Below are positions 30,797 to 41,361 of a DNA stretch of 64,000 bases, in pieces. A program made the position numbers and the translations under genes. Position 1 is the first letter of the stretch; the number at the start of each line of letters is the position of its first letter. The stretch is taken from the NCBI GenBank assembly GCA_947625435.1, contig CANQOI010000003.1:1591-65590 (forward strand). The letters are read 5' to 3'. This DNA is from an uncultured Clostridia bacterium. Its GTDB lineage: Bacteria; Bacillota; Clostridia; UBA1212; UBA1255. Below the pieces are notes generated by a model, which did no database searches, was not told the origin of the DNA, and saw only the letters and a list, made by a program, of their open reading frames with translations.

Positions 30797-33274
30797 TTAT
30801 CTCACGGCCTTTACCTTGTAATCCTGAGCTTCTACTGCCTTCCTGAGGATATCGTCCCCGACTTCCTTTTCGAGTGTTACGACAGCGGTGCCGTCCGTGT
30901 GGCTTACGATTGCCTCTTTCACTCCGTCAAGCGCTTCAAGCGCCTTTTTTACGCGTGCTTCGCAGTGACCGCACATCATACCTTCGATCTCAAGAGTTCT
31001 TTTCATTCCGACAACTTCCTTTCCTTTCTTTTTTTTCATGTTGTTTTTGCGTTTTATTCTGTGATCCTTTCCGGGATCATGTATGCGTACAAAATTGAGT
31101 CTCAGAGCATTCGTAACGACACAGAAGCTTGAAAGGCTCATGGCAGCCGCGCCGAACATGGGGTTCATCTGCCACCCGAACAGATTTATAAAAACGCCGG
31201 CCGCGATAGGTATTCCTATAGTATTATATATGAACGCCCAAAACAGGTTCTCGTGTATGTTCCTGAGGGCCGCGCGGCTCAGCCTTATGGCCGCGGGCAC
31301 ATCGGACAGGCGGCTCTTCATCAGAACTACGTCTGCGGCGTCTATGGCAACGTCCGTTCCGGCGCCTATGGCAATGCCTATGTCCGCGGCGGTGAGCGCC
31401 GGAGCGTCATTTATCCCGTCTCCCACCATCACCACGGTGCCTTCCCGCCCAAGCTCACGTATCGCGCGTTCCTTGCCTTCCGGAAGCACGCCGGCTATCA
31501 CGGTGTCGGCTCCCGCCTGAGCCGCTATGGCATCTGCGGTGCGTTTATTGTCTCCCGTAAGCATCACGACGCGTATGCCCATATTTTTCAGCTCGTTTAC
31601 GGCCTCCCGACTGTCGGGTTTTATCACGTCCGCCACTGCGATTATACCGCAGAGCTCCCCTCCCCGTGAAAAATACAGGGGCGTCTTCCCTTCTCCCGAG
31701 AGGGCATCGGCTTTAAGCCTCATCTCTTCGGGTATTTCGGCAGTGCTCTTTATAAAGCTCTCGTTCCCGCCGCACAGCCGTATTCCGCCCGCGTCCGCCG
31801 TGAGGCCGTTTCCGGGGAGCGCTTTAAAACCGGTGACATCCTCCGCCTCAATGCCGCGTTCCTCCGCGCGCATGTTCACTGCTCCCGCGAGGGGATGTTC
31901 GCTCCTTTTCTCAAGCGTGTAAGCAATGCCCAGCAGTGCTTCCTCAGTATATCCTTCCGCCGGTAAAATGTCGGTGACCTGCGGTCTTCCCTCAGTGACT
32001 GTGCCCGTTTTGTCAAGTACGACAGTCTGCGCCCTGCCTGTCTTTTCAAGAGAAGCGGCAGTTTTAAACAGTATCCCGTTTCTCGCGCCCACTCCGCTTC
32101 CCACCATTATGGCGACAGGCGTGGCAAGTCCCAATGCGCACGGGCAGCTTATTACCAGCACGGATATGCCCCTTGCCAGTGCGAATCCCACCGTCCTGCC
32201 TGCTATGAGCCATATCAATGTCGTTAAAACGGCGATCGCCATCACAGCGGGAACAAATATTCCGGATACCTTATCCGCTACCTTAGCTATAGGCGCTTTT
32301 GTAGCCGCGGCATCGCTCACGAGGCGTATTATATTGGAAAGGGTCGTGTCCTCTCCGACTTTTAGTGCCTCGCAGCGTATAAAGCCCGATCGGTTCAGTG
32401 TTCCCGCGGAAACAGTCGAGCCCTCAGCTTTATCCGCAGGTATGCTCTCTCCCGTAAGAGCCGATTCATCCACCGCGCTGCTTCCTTCTGTTACCACTCC
32501 GTCAACGGGTATGTGTTCCCCCGGGCGCACGACAAATATATCGCCCTTTACGATCTGTTCTGCGGGCACCGTTATCTCGACGCCGTCCCTGATCACTGTG
32601 GCTGTTTCGGGCGCGAGCTTCATAAGGCTCTTAAGCGCGTCGGTCGTTTTACCCTTTGAGCGAGCCTCGAGCATTTTACCCAGAGTGATGAGCGTAAGTA
32701 TCATGGCCGCGGACTCAAAATAAAATTCGTGCATGTGCTCATCCGGCTGCATGCCCGTCATGGCAAACAGCGAGACTGTGCTGTATATGAATGCCGCCGA
32801 TGAACCGAGCGCCACGAGCGCATCCATATTGGGAGCACGATTTATGATGCTTTTGAAGCCGCTTATGAAAAACTTTCTGTTTATCACCATTATGATCTCG
32901 CACAAAAGCAGCTGCGCAAGTCCTGTCGCCATGTGATTTCCGCTGAAAAACGGCGGCAGCGGCCATCCCCACATGGCATTACCCATCGAGATGTACATGA
33001 GGGCGGCGAGGAATACGAGAGATATTATGAGACGCCGCCTGAGCGCGGGCGTTTCACGGTCTTTGAGCGTATCCCCTCCTTTAACGGACGCGCCGTAGCC
33101 TGCCCCCTGTACGGCGGATATCACGGCTTCATCCGTCGCGCTGCCCTCTACTCCCATTGAGTTTGTGAGCAGGCTTACGGAGCATGATCTCACTCCGGGC
33201 ACCTTTGATACTGCCTTCTCTATGCGCGCACTGCACGCGGCGCAGCTCATTCCCGTAATATTATACTGTCTCAT
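30797..33274 (-). CDS. copA: copper-translocating P-type ATPase with N-terminal and extra C-terminal HMA domains
   Basis: 825 aa. N-terminal GMSCAACSARIE. CPC (ISCPCALG), DKTGT and GDGINDAP motifs. A C-terminal CopZ-like domain (MKRTLEIEGMMCGHCEARVKKALEALDGV) is fused in frame. Confidence 0.92.
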   Translation of the reverse strand: MRQYNITGMSCAACSARIEKAVSKVPGVRSCSVSLLTNSMGVEGSATDEAVISAVQGAGYGASVKGGDTLKDRETPALRRRLIISLVFLAALMYISMGNAMWGWPLPPFFSGNHMATGLAQLLLCEIIMVINRKFFISGFKSIINRAPNMDALVALGSSAAFIYSTVSLFAMTGMQPDEHMHEFYFESAAMILTLITLGKMLEARSKGKTTDALKSLMKLAPETATVIRDGVEITVPAEQIVKGDIFVVRPGEHIPVDGVVTEGSSAVDESALTGESIPADKAEGSTVSAGTLNRSGFIRCEALKVGEDTTLSNIIRLVSDAAATKAPIAKVADKVSGIFVPAVMAIAVLTTLIWLIAGRTVGFALARGISVLVISCPCALGLATPVAIMVGSGVGARNGILFKTAASLEKTGRAQTVVLDKTGTVTEGRPQVTDILPAEGYTEEALLGIAYTLEKRSEHPLAGAVNMRAEERGIEAEDVTGFKALPGNGLTADAGGIRLCGGNESFIKSTAEIPEEMRLKADALSGEGKTPLYFSRGGELCGIIAVADVIKPDSREAVNELKNMGIRVVMLTGDNKRTADAIAAQAGADTVIAGVLPEGKERAIRELGREGTVVMVGDGINDAPALTAADIGIAIGAGTDVAIDAADVVLMKSRLSDVPAAIRLSRAALRNIHENLFWAFIYNTIGIPIAAGVFINLFGWQMNPMFGAAAMSLSSFCVVTNALRLNFVRIHDPGKDHRIKRKNNMKKKKGKEVVGMKRTLEIEGMMCGHCEARVKKALEALDGVKEAIVSHTDGTAVVTLEKEVGDDILRKAVEAQDYKVKAVR

Positions 33275-33287
33275 ATGGAACGCTCCT

Positions 33288-33596
33288 TTATTTCATAAGC
33301 TTCTGAAGTATGGCAACAAGCTCGTCGATCACGTCGTCCTTTCCCTCTCTTATATCGCGCACGACGCACGTGCGAAGGTGGCTTGCTATAAGATCCTTAT
33401 TAAATGAATTCACAGCCGCGTTTACGGCCGCTGACTGAACAAGTATGTCGGCACAGTACGCATTTTTCTCTATCATACCTTTTATGCCCCGTATCTGGCC
33501 TTCTATGCGGCTGAGTCTGTTCATGAGCTTTTTTTGTTCTTCTCCGCTTCGCACCGTTGTCTTTGCGCAGCACTCACATTTTTCCTTTTTTGCCAT
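33288..33596 (-). CDS. csoR: CsoR-family copper-sensing transcriptional repressor
   Basis: Start at the internal Met at 33596 (MAKKEKCECC...). The track ORF begins at 33692. The RcnR/CsoR fold motif LSRIEGQIRGIKGMIEKNAYCADILVQ is present. The gene is adjacent to copA. Confidence 0.85.
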   Translation of the reverse strand: MAKKEKCECCAKTTVRSGEEQKKLMNRLSRIEGQIRGIKGMIEKNAYCADILVQSAAVNAAVNSFNKDLIASHLRTCVVRDIREGKDDVIDELVAILQKLMK

Positions 33597-33642
33597 GTTT
33601 TTATCTCCCGGTGTTACATGATCTGTTTTATTATATGTTAAA

Positions 33643-33692
33643 ATACCCCCATAGGGTATACATATTGTATACCCTATGGGGGTATCGGTCAA
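33643..33692 (-). promoter_or_regulatory. csoR-copA promoter with tandem inverted CsoR operator boxes
   Basis: ATACCCCCATAGGGTATAC (33643-33661) and GTATACCCTATGGGGGTAT (33667-33685) are inverted copies resembling the B. subtilis CsoR box TACCCTACGGGGGTA. On the minus strand, -35 TTGACC (33687-33692), 17-nt spacer, -10 TACAAT (33664-33669). One box lies in the spacer and one over the transcription start. Confidence 0.6.
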
Positions 33693-33728
33693 GAGCTTTT
33701 TTAAAAACTTCTCAAAATTTTTAAGCGG

Positions 33729-35405
33729 TCACTTGCCCTTGTTCATTTTCTTCCAGCTGTCTTTGAGTGAAACTGTCCTGTTGAATACGGGCTTTTCTCT
33801 CGTATGGTCGTCGTCGGCGCTGAAGAAACCGTTCCTTAAGAACTGGAAATGAGCGTTTTTATCGCAGTTTGCGACATACGGCTCCACAAAAGCATTTTTG
33901 CAGACCGTAAGCGAATCGGGGTTCAGCTTCTCCGTGAAATCCCTTCCGTCCGAGTCATCCATGGGATCCGGGTCGGCAAAAAGCTGATCGTAGAGCCTTA
34001 TTTCCGCAGGGACTGCGTCACGCGCCGAGACCCAGTGTATTGTGCCCTTTACTTTTCTGTCCGGCAGCCAGCCGCCCCTCGATGCCGGGTCATACGTGCA
34101 GTGAACGACGGTCACATTGCCGTTTTCATCTGTCTCATAGGACGTTGCCCTTACGTAGTACGCATATTTGAGGCGCACCTCGTTGCCCGGGAACAGGCGG
34201 AAATATCCCTTTACGGGCTCCGCCATGAAGTCCTCTCTTTCTATATACAGCTCTCTCGAAAAGCTTACCTTGCGCATTCCCATTTCGGGATTTTCGGGAT
34301 TTACCTCCGCATCGAATTCCTCCGTGGTATCCTTGTCATAGTTATCTATAACAAGTTTTATGGGATCCAATACGGCCATGCCGCGGGGCGCGATCTTATT
34401 AAGATCCTCGCGTATACAGTATTCCAGCAGACCGTAATCCGCCACACTGTTGCTCGTTGAAACGCCCACCGCATCTATAAAATTCCTTATTGATGCCGGC
34501 GTATAGCCTCTGCGTCTGAGCCCGCAGAGGGTCGGCATGCGCGGATCGTCCCAGCCGCTCACCGTGCCCGACTCAACCATTTTACGGAGATATCTCTTGC
34601 TCATCATGGTATACGTTATATTGAGCCGCGCGAATTCGTTCTGACAGGGCGCGGGATCGAACGGCCCGCATTTTTCAACAACCCAATCGTAAAGCGGTCT
34701 GTGATCCTTAAAGCCGAGATCGCACAGTGAATGCGTTATACCTTCAAATGCGTCCTCGAGCGGGTGCGCGAAATCGTACATGGGGTAGATGCACCACGCG
34801 TCGCCCGAATGGTGATGTGTCGCGTGGACTATCCTGTATATGACAGGGTCTCTCATGTTTATATTAGGCGACGCCATGTCTATCTTCGCCCTCAGCACGC
34901 GGCTCCCGTCCGTGAACTCTCCCGCTTTCATCCTGCGGAACAGATCGAGATTGTCATCTATGCTGCGCTCCCTGTAGGGGCTGTTTATACCCGGCTCCGT
35001 GAGCGTGCCGCGGTAATCTCTTATTTCGTCCGCGTTAAGGTCGCACACATACGCAAGGCCCTTCTTTATGAGCTTTTCCGCACATTCATACATGCGCGGG
35101 AAATAATCCGACGCGTAAAATACATTTTTCCACGAGTAGCCGAGCCATTTCACGTCATTCATTATGGCGTCCACATACTCTGTGTCCTCCTTGCTCGGAT
35201 TGGTGTCGTCGAACCGCAGATTGCAGTACCCGCCGTATTTTTCAGCCGTGCCGAAGTCGATGCATATGGCCTTTGCATGTCCTATGTGGAGATAGCCGTT
35301 CGGCTCGGGAGGGAAACGCGTATATACCGTCTTGCCGTAATATCTTCCGCCTTCTTTTATATCGTTTTCTACTATATCGTGAATAAAATTGCTGCTCGCT
35401 TCCAT
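33729..35405 (-). CDS. glnS: glutaminyl-tRNA synthetase
   Basis: 558 aa. Class I HIGH ([13 protein letters not shown]) and MSK-type motifs. C-terminal anticodon-binding beta-barrel region. Confidence 0.9.
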   Translation of the reverse strand: MEASSNFIHDIVENDIKEGGRYYGKTVYTRFPPEPNGYLHIGHAKAICIDFGTAEKYGGYCNLRFDDTNPSKEDTEYVDAIMNDVKWLGYSWKNVFYASDYFPRMYECAEKLIKKGLAYVCDLNADEIRDYRGTLTEPGINSPYRERSIDDNLDLFRRMKAGEFTDGSRVLRAKIDMASPNINMRDPVIYRIVHATHHHSGDAWCIYPMYDFAHPLEDAFEGITHSLCDLGFKDHRPLYDWVVEKCGPFDPAPCQNEFARLNITYTMMSKRYLRKMVESGTVSGWDDPRMPTLCGLRRRGYTPASIRNFIDAVGVSTSNSVADYGLLEYCIREDLNKIAPRGMAVLDPIKLVIDNYDKDTTEEFDAEVNPENPEMGMRKVSFSRELYIEREDFMAEPVKGYFRLFPGNEVRLKYAYYVRATSYETDENGNVTVVHCTYDPASRGGWLPDRKVKGTIHWVSARDAVPAEIRLYDQLFADPDPMDDSDGRDFTEKLNPDSLTVCKNAFVEPYVANCDKNAHFQFLRNGFFSADDDHTREKPVFNRTVSLKDSWKKMNKGK

Positions 35406-35423
35406 TATATGTCAGCTCCTTTC

Positions 35424-36890
35424 TCAGCCCTCAAGCTCTTTTTCAAGCTTTGATATTCCCGCTTCTATCCTTTTCATCGTCTCGCCTCGCCCCAATATCT
35501 CCGCAAGCTCCGTGGCGCCTCCGGGGCTTACTTCCCTTCCGCTGAGAGCCGTTCTCACGGGCCAGAGTATCTGACTGTTCTTCATTTCGTTTTCCGATGC
35601 GAGCAGGCAGAACGCCTCGTAGAGTTTGGGAGACGTCCATTCATGCTCAAGCTCATCATTCCGTAAAATGAGGTCGCGTGTCAGTTTAAGGGCTCTTAGC
35701 GATATCTCGCGGTCGGTCTTCATTTTCTTATGGCAGTATATCTCGCTGCTGTATTCGGGAAGCTCCCTGAAGAAGCTTATCTTATCCGGTATGTCGGTGA
35801 GTATCTCTGTTCTCTGCTGTATCAGCGCCGATATTTTACCGATATCGCAGGCGCTGTTTCCGAGCGCCTCCTCTATATACGGCCTTGCAAGGGCTGTGAA
35901 ATCCTCCGGGGAGAGCTTCCTTATATATTCGGCGTTCATCCACTTGAGCTTCTCCGTGTCGAAAATGGAAGGGGATTTGTTGAGCCCTTCTATCGTAAAA
36001 TCCTCCTCGAGCTCTTTAAGGGTGTAAAACTCTCTCGTCCCTCCCGGACTCCATCCGAGGAGCGCTATATAATTCAGTATCGCCTCCGGCAGATAGCCTT
36101 TCTTTACGAGATCCTGGAAGGATGCGTCGCCGTTTCTCTTGGAGAGCTTGTTGTGAGCGTCCTTCATTATGCTCGGAAGATGGATGTATACCGGTATGTC
36201 CCATCCGAACGACTGATAGAGTATATTGTATTTCGGAGTGGAAGAAAGGTATTCGTTGCCTCTTACCACATGCGTTATCTTCATGAGATGGTCGTCTACG
36301 ACGTTCGCGAAATTATACGTAGGCATTCCGTCGGATTTTATGAGTATCTGGTCGTCAAGTGTGTCATTGTCGACCGTTATGTCCCCGTATACCACATCGG
36401 TAAATGTCGTTCTGCCCTCGCGCGGCACCTTCTGTCTTATCACGAACGGCTTGCCTTCGGCGAGGTTCCTCTCCACCTCCTCTTTTGTAAGGGAAAGGCA
36501 GTGTCTGTCGTATGTGAAGGATGCGCCCTCGGATTCTCTTAATGAATCAAGACGTTCCTTCGTGCAAAAGCAGTAATACGCGGCGCCTTTTTCTATCAAT
36601 TGTCGGGCATATTCCATATATATGCCGCGTCTTTCGCTCTGTATATACGGGCCGTAGTCTCCTCCCACGCCGGGGCCTTCGTCATATGATATCCCGGTTG
36701 CTTTAAGCGTATCGTATACGACGTCCATAGCGCCCTCTACGTAGCGCTCCTGATCCGTGTCTTCGATCCTCAATATAAATTTACCGCCCTGAGATCTTGC
36801 TATCAGGTACTCATATAAAGCTGTTCTTAAATTTCCGATATGCATAAAGCCCGTCGGGCTCGGAGCAAACCTTGTTCTGACTTCTCCCAT
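35424..36890 (-). CDS. gltX: glutamyl-tRNA synthetase
   Basis: Start at the internal Met at 36890 ([26 protein letters not shown]). KLSKR motif. The track ORF extends to 37019, leaving a ~130-nt leader. Confidence 0.9.
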   Translation of the reverse strand: MGEVRTRFAPSPTGFMHIGNLRTALYEYLIARSQGGKFILRIEDTDQERYVEGAMDVVYDTLKATGISYDEGPGVGGDYGPYIQSERRGIYMEYARQLIEKGAAYYCFCTKERLDSLRESEGASFTYDRHCLSLTKEEVERNLAEGKPFVIRQKVPREGRTTFTDVVYGDITVDNDTLDDQILIKSDGMPTYNFANVVDDHLMKITHVVRGNEYLSSTPKYNILYQSFGWDIPVYIHLPSIMKDAHNKLSKRNGDASFQDLVKKGYLPEAILNYIALLGWSPGGTREFYTLKELEEDFTIEGLNKSPSIFDTEKLKWMNAEYIRKLSPEDFTALARPYIEEALGNSACDIGKISALIQQRTEILTDIPDKISFFRELPEYSSEIYCHKKMKTDREISLRALKLTRDLILRNDELEHEWTSPKLYEAFCLLASENEMKNSQILWPVRTALSGREVSPGGATELAEILGRGETMKRIEAGISKLEKELEG

Positions 36891-37012
36891 ACGTCTTGTC
36901 CTTTCTCTGCAGTGCAGTATGATGATCATGTAAAGGCAAAAACCTTTGTAAATAATAAAGCCAAAAATGAATAAAGTCAATAATACGCACTGTTCATGCG
37001 CAATATTATACG

Positions 37013-37600
37013 TTGACACAGCGGGCGCGATACATTATCATGGCAGGAGCGAAGGTGCTTCTGATATATGTATTTTACAGGCGGGACGGGAATCGGTCAT
37101 GGACATTAAACATAGTATATGCCGTCGATACGCGAGGTCACGGCGGCACGCCCCGCGGCAGCGCGCCGTTTACAATACGCGTATTTGCACACGATCTTTA
37201 TGAATTCATGAATGAGCATGAGATCCGGAAGGCACATATACCGGGGTTTTCGGACGGTGCGAATACGGCCATGATATTTGCGTTAAAATATCCCGATATG
37301 GTAAATAAGCTCATTTTAAACGGAGGGAATCTGTACCCCGCCGGTTTGAGATTCGGGGTCAGGCTTCAGATCGAACTCGGTTACTTTATAGCGAAGCGCT
37401 TTGATACTATGAAGCGCCGTGCCGAAATGCTGAGACTCATGGTAAAGGATCCTGACATAAGGCCCGAGGAGCTCATAGCGGGCAGCATACCGGGCTCTGT
37501 TCTCGTTTTCGTAAAAGGCTCGCATTTTGCGGCAAATGAGAATCCGGAGGATTTCAACAAAGCGGTGCTGGACTTTCTCGCGCAAGACCCTCTGTCTTAA
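37013..37600 (+). CDS. alpha/beta-hydrolase-fold protein, short (possibly N-terminally truncated or misannotated start)
   Basis: GFSDG nucleophile-elbow motif (G-x-S-x-G) and a DTRGHGG-like motif. Only ~190 aa, against the usual ~260. Confidence 0.45.
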   Translation: MTQRARYIIMAGAKVLLIYVFYRRDGNRSWTLNIVYAVDTRGHGGTPRGSAPFTIRVFAHDLYEFMNEHEIRKAHIPGFSDGANTAMIFALKYPDMVNKLILNGGNLYPAGLRFGVRLQIELGYFIAKRFDTMKRRAEMLRLMVKDPDIRPEELIAGSIPGSVLVFVKGSHFAANENPEDFNKAVLDFLAQDPLS

Positions 37601-37610
37601 GTCTCTTATA

Positions 37611-37892
37611 TCAGAGATACATGTTTTTGTATTCCATCCTCTTTTTTATCTCGCTTCTTTTTTTAAAATCCGAGATCGAACGTATGTTATATTTATAGCA
37701 GCAGTCGCGGCATATGGATATGTCGCCCTTTCTCGTAAGGCGCATGCTTACGGGCGTATGGTATCTGAAATATGTACGGAATTTTACCCTGCCGCAGCAG
37801 CCGCATCTCGGGAAAATGAGTGGTTTGAATATCACGGCGCCGAGCGCGGCGGATGCCGATATGAAAATGAGTATTTTGATCGCTGCGGTCAT
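37611..37892 (-). CDS. possible small Cys-rich membrane protein (uncertain)
   Basis: 93-aa ORF with a hydrophobic N-terminus and CGCCG / CRDCC cysteine clusters. No recognisable family. Confidence 0.2.
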   Translation of the reverse strand: MTAAIKILIFISASAALGAVIFKPLIFPRCGCCGRVKFRTYFRYHTPVSMRLTRKGDISICRDCCYKYNIRSISDFKKRSEIKKRMEYKNMYL

Positions 37893-38009
37893 AATGTTAC
37901 CTCTTCTTTGTCATAATGTTTCTCCGTATCTGTTCTTTATATGATATGCGCCCGGCGCAGGATATATTCATAAGCCGTGCTCCGGGCGCAGGATGCTAAA
38001 CAACCTTTA

Positions 38010-38207
38010 TCACTGATTCTGTGAACCTGTATAATAGTTGTTTCCTGTATAGCTTTCAAATACCTTACGGACTATATTTCCGCCGATCGTTCCCGCTTCT
38101 TTCGAAGTCAGATCGCCGTTATAGCCATCCTTAAGGTTTACGCCTGTTTCTTTTGCTATTTCATATTTAAGCTTATCAAAAGATGTTTTACTTTTACTGT
38201 TAGACAT
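38010..38207 (-). CDS. small acid-soluble spore protein, alpha/beta type
   Basis: 65 aa. KLKYEIAKETGVNL...GDLTSKEAGTIGGNIVRKV matches the alpha/beta-SASP signatures. Confidence 0.85.
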   Translation of the reverse strand: MSNSKSKTSFDKLKYEIAKETGVNLKDGYNGDLTSKEAGTIGGNIVRKVFESYTGNNYYTGSQNQ

Positions 38208-38313
38208 AACTGTTACCTCCTCATCCGTATTTTACCGCAGTCGGAAGGAATACGGCGCCGCGCCATGCGCGGCAATATTATTATTATTCATATCCGATTA
38301 TATATTCCGGTAA

Positions 38314-38529
38314 TTATTCCCTTATTGCTTCGTGATTTCTGAAAAGCAGACTTATCGAATAAATTCCCGCGACTCCTACCAGTGAATATATTATCCTGCT
38401 CACTGTAGAAGAAGCGCCGCCGAACAATGCGGCAACAAAGTCAAATCGGAACAAACCGACAGAAAGCCAGACTATCGCGCCTACTATCACAAGTATGAGC
38501 GCTATCCTGTCCAAACCGTTTCTTGCCAT
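38314..38529 (-). CDS. DUF378-family small membrane protein
   Basis: 71 aa with two TM helices and a DUF378-like pattern (ALILVIVGAIVWLSVGLF...FGG). Confidence 0.5.
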   Translation of the reverse strand: MARNGLDRIALILVIVGAIVWLSVGLFRFDFVAALFGGASSTVSRIIYSLVGVAGIYSISLLFRNHEAIRE

Positions 38530-38663
38530 AGGGATTCAGCTCCTTTCCGCATTTTTGCCGAACATAACAGTTTCACAACTGTCGGTATTAGGGTGACCAA
38601 AAAAATAAAAATTATTACACGGTATTGCAAATTAAAAAATTTTAGATTAGTATTCAGTCCGCT

Positions 38664-39398
38664 ATGAAGACATATATCTTAAACGGAAGCAACGACATAT
38701 CCTGCACGCAAGCCTGTGAAAATCTTTCCGGGAACATTTCACCTGGTTCGTACGTCCTGCGTCTGCCGCCGTGCAGCCATCTTCCCGAGCCCGAGCAATA
38801 TCACGCGGACATGCGTTTCTGCAAGATATCGGAGGATCTTCTCGTCTGTTCTCCGGAGGATTTTAAAAGTGATATTACGCGTCAGCTTGAGCGGCGCGGC
38901 ATACGCGTCGTGTCCGGCGTCACTGACATTAAAGGTCCGTACCCGCACAATATCGCGTACAATGTACTCCGTGCGGGCAGCGTTTCTTTTCACAATACGA
39001 GATATACGGATCCCCGTCTTAAGGAATTCCTGTGCGCCTCTTCGTATTCTTTATTGCACGTAAATCAGGGCTATGCCGGCTGCTCGTCCGTGGCCGTGCC
39101 CGTAAGTGCGGGCGGCATGCTTGTGATATCGTCGGATATGGGGATCGTGTCCGCAATAAAAAAGGCGGATATCCCCGCCCTTTATACCGAATATTTTACC
39201 GATACGGACAGCATTTTACTCGAAGGCCTCGATCACGGCTTTATAGGCGGCTGCTGCGGCTACGACCCGGACGCCGGTCTTCTCGTGTGCGGTAAAATAA
39301 ACGGACAGTTCAGGAAGCTGTCCGCGGTCTACGGTTTTGATGTTGTTTCTGTTTATGACGGTCCTCTTACCGATATAGGCGGCATACTTATTATGTAG
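38664..39398 (+). CDS. hypothetical protein (244 aa)
   Basis: Long ORF. Candidate promoter TTGCAA-17-TAGTAT at ~38621-38649. No recognisable domain. Confidence 0.4.
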   Translation: MKTYILNGSNDISCTQACENLSGNISPGSYVLRLPPCSHLPEPEQYHADMRFCKISEDLLVCSPEDFKSDITRQLERRGIRVVSGVTDIKGPYPHNIAYNVLRAGSVSFHNTRYTDPRLKEFLCASSYSLLHVNQGYAGCSSVAVPVSAGGMLVISSDMGIVSAIKKADIPALYTEYFTDTDSILLEGLDHGFIGGCCGYDPDAGLLVCGKINGQFRKLSAVYGFDVVSVYDGPLTDIGGILIM

Positions 39399-39777
39399 CG
39401 CCTGTTCCCATATCTATGAGCCCCAAGCTTATTTTGAGCGCATAGTCTATTTTACCCATGCTCTGCGGCCCTATATGGCACACCTTTTCTCTCAGGCGCC
39501 GTTTATCTATCGTGCGGAGCTGTTCGAGAAGTATTACTGAATCCTTGGCTATACCGAATTTATCGGCGTTTATTTCAAGATGTGTGGGGAGCTTCGATTT
39601 ATTTATCTGCGATGTTATTGCCGCTACTATCACAGTCGGACTGTATTTATTTCCTATATCGTTCTGAATTATCAGCACCGGCCGTATGCCGCCCTGCTCC
39701 GAGCCGACTACGGGGCTGAGATCGGCATAATATATATCGCCACGCTTTACTGAAAGCACAAAACCACTCCGTTTCAA
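39391..39777 (-). CDS. ndoA: MazF/PemK-family endoribonuclease toxin (EndoA/NdoA orthologue)
   Basis: [59 protein letters not shown] is near-identical to B. subtilis EndoA. Confidence 0.85.
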   Translation of the reverse strand: MKRSGFVLSVKRGDIYYADLSPVVGSEQGGIRPVLIIQNDIGNKYSPTVIVAAITSQINKSKLPTHLEINADKFGIAKDSVILLEQLRTIDKRRLREKVCHIGPQSMGKIDYALKISLGLIDMGTGAT

Positions 39778-39786
39778 TTCATTCTG

Positions 39787-40050
39787 TCATTCTGCAAACC
39801 AGAGCTCCTGTTCGGCTGCGTAAAATTCTTCTGATATTTTCAGGTTTATATCAGCCATTTCACGATATCCGCCTATCATCTGCTCGCGCAGCTTTCTCTT
39901 TTCGGCGTCGCTTAAGGCGCAGTCCCGCGATCTGTCAGCGGCATCGCTTCCGGTTTTGCTTTTTTTATTTTTTACGGTATTCGCCGTATTATCCTGTTTA
40001 CGGCGGTCATCCGCGGGAATAGGCCCGACTCTTCTGTCTGCCGCTGCCAT
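39787..40050 (-). CDS. ndoAI: EndoAI/MazE-like antitoxin (RHH)
   Basis: The C-terminus (KLREQMIGGYREMADINLKISEEFYAAE) matches EndoAI. Conserved alr-ndoAI-ndoA synteny. Confidence 0.7.
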   Translation of the reverse strand: MAAADRRVGPIPADDRRKQDNTANTVKNKKSKTGSDAADRSRDCALSDAEKRKLREQMIGGYREMADINLKISEEFYAAEQELWFAE

Positions 40051-40164
40051 ATAAACCCTCCTATCACATTGTATCCATTTTTCCGAAGTAAATTCACCTG
40101 ATATCGCCGACTTTGTAAAATAAATTTTACACCGCCCCGTACTGCCCTGCGCCGATCTACACTC

Positions 40165-41361
40165 CTATACTAACCTGTTCATTGTTTCTATTATGCTCCC
40201 GTCTTTTATGTAAAGGCGCGGCACACGTCTCCCTACCGCGCATATGACTTCATAATTCACTGTCCCCGCGATCGATGCTATCTCATCTGCGTCCGGGACT
40301 CCTTCTCCTTTGCCGAACAGTATCACGGTATCTCCTACCGAAACCTCCCCGTGTTTTCCCGCGTCCGTTACGTCTATCATCATCTGATCCATGCATACTC
40401 TGCCTGTGATGCGCGCCCGCATGTGCGTTTTCTCATGGCACACGGAAGCGCCGTTTCCGAGTACTCTGAAATAGCCGTCCGCATACCCCGCCGGCACCGT
40501 GGCTATAAGCTTTCTTCCGTCTGACCGATATGTGCGGCCGTAGCTTATGAAACAGCCTTCTTCAACTGTTTTCAGGTATGAGATTGCCGATCTGAGCGTC
40601 ATGGCCGGCACGAGCTCCGTGCCCGCGCTCATTTTACGCACTTCCTCCGAGGGCCAGAGCCCGTACATTATTATACCGGCGCGCACCATGTCCATGTGCA
40701 TATCCGGAAAACGTATTATCGCGGCGCTGTTTGCGGCATGTCTGTAGGGCACGCGGCGCCCGGTCGCTTCTTCGATCAGTCTGCATGTTTCGCAAAATTC
40801 TCTGTATTGCATTTTCGTATATTCATCCGCGTCCTCCGTGCATTCGTCGGCGGAGGCGAAATGCGTAAAAATACCTTCTGTTTCTATTCCTTTGAGCGAC
40901 GCTATTTTTGCGGCCTCCGCAGGCGCGTTTTTACGCGTAAAACCTATACGCCCCATTCCCGTGTCTATTTTCAGGTGTATTTTTGCTTTTGTGTTCAGCC
41001 TTTCGGCGGCTTCCGACAGGGTGCGCGCCATTTCATACGAGTATACGGACTGCCTTATGTCGTTTTTAACGATCGCTTCAGCGTATTCCGGTTCATTGTC
41101 GCTCAGTATCAGTATGGGCGCGCTTATGCCTGCGTTCCTGAGCTCGAGCGCCTCCTCGAGCATTGACACTCCGAGCCATGATGCTCCGTTTTCGAGAGCT
41201 GTTTTCGCCGCCTGCACCGCTCCGTGCCCGTAAGCATCTGCCTTTACGACGCTCATCACGCACGCCGATCTTTCGGTCATTGCCCGTATCCTGCGCATAT
41301 TGAGGGCTATCGCGTCAAGATCTATTTCAGCCCACGTCCTGCGCGTATATTCACATCCCAT
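40165..41361 (-). CDS. alr: alanine racemase
   Basis: 398 aa. VVKADAYGHG PLP-lysine motif. Confidence 0.9.
   Translation of the reverse strand: MGCEYTRRTWAEIDLDAIALNMRRIRAMTERSACVMSVVKADAYGHGAVQAAKTALENGASWLGVSMLEEALELRNAGISAPILILSDNEPEYAEAIVKNDIRQSVYSYEMARTLSEAAERLNTKAKIHLKIDTGMGRIGFTRKNAPAEAAKIASLKGIETEGIFTHFASADECTEDADEYTKMQYREFCETCRLIEEATGRRVPYRHAANSAAIIRFPDMHMDMVRAGIIMYGLWPSEEVRKMSAGTELVPAMTLRSAISYLKTVEEGCFISYGRTYRSDGRKLIATVPAGYADGYFRVLGNGASVCHEKTHMRARITGRVCMDQMMIDVTDAGKHGEVSVGDTVILFGKGEGVPDADEIASIAGTVNYEVICAVGRRVPRLYIKDGSIIETMNRLV

Noticed and set aside
30515-31132. 205-aa ORF starting in the convergent gap and running antisense into copA
   Set aside because: No RBS. The product is a Cys/Pro-rich low-complexity protein. 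The upstream part is better explained as a non-coding RNA candidate.
36891-37019. Possible T-box or other riboswitch in the gltX leader
   Set aside because: No T-box consensus (AATTAGGGTGGNACCGCG-like) and no specifier/antiterminator architecture could be seen in the ~130-nt leader.
37013-37600. Alpha/beta hydrolase as part of an accessory element
   Set aside because: GC content is normal, there is no mobile gene context, and the motifs look like a standard housekeeping esterase. It is only notable for being short and having an unclear start.
39391-41361. Toxin-antitoxin pair (MazF/EndoA-like plus RHH antitoxin) as a possible mobile defence element
   Set aside because: It is the conserved chromosomal alr-ndoAI-ndoA arrangement known from Bacillus. 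GC content is normal and the proteins are near-identical in motif to EndoA/EndoAI, so it is core rather than accessory.
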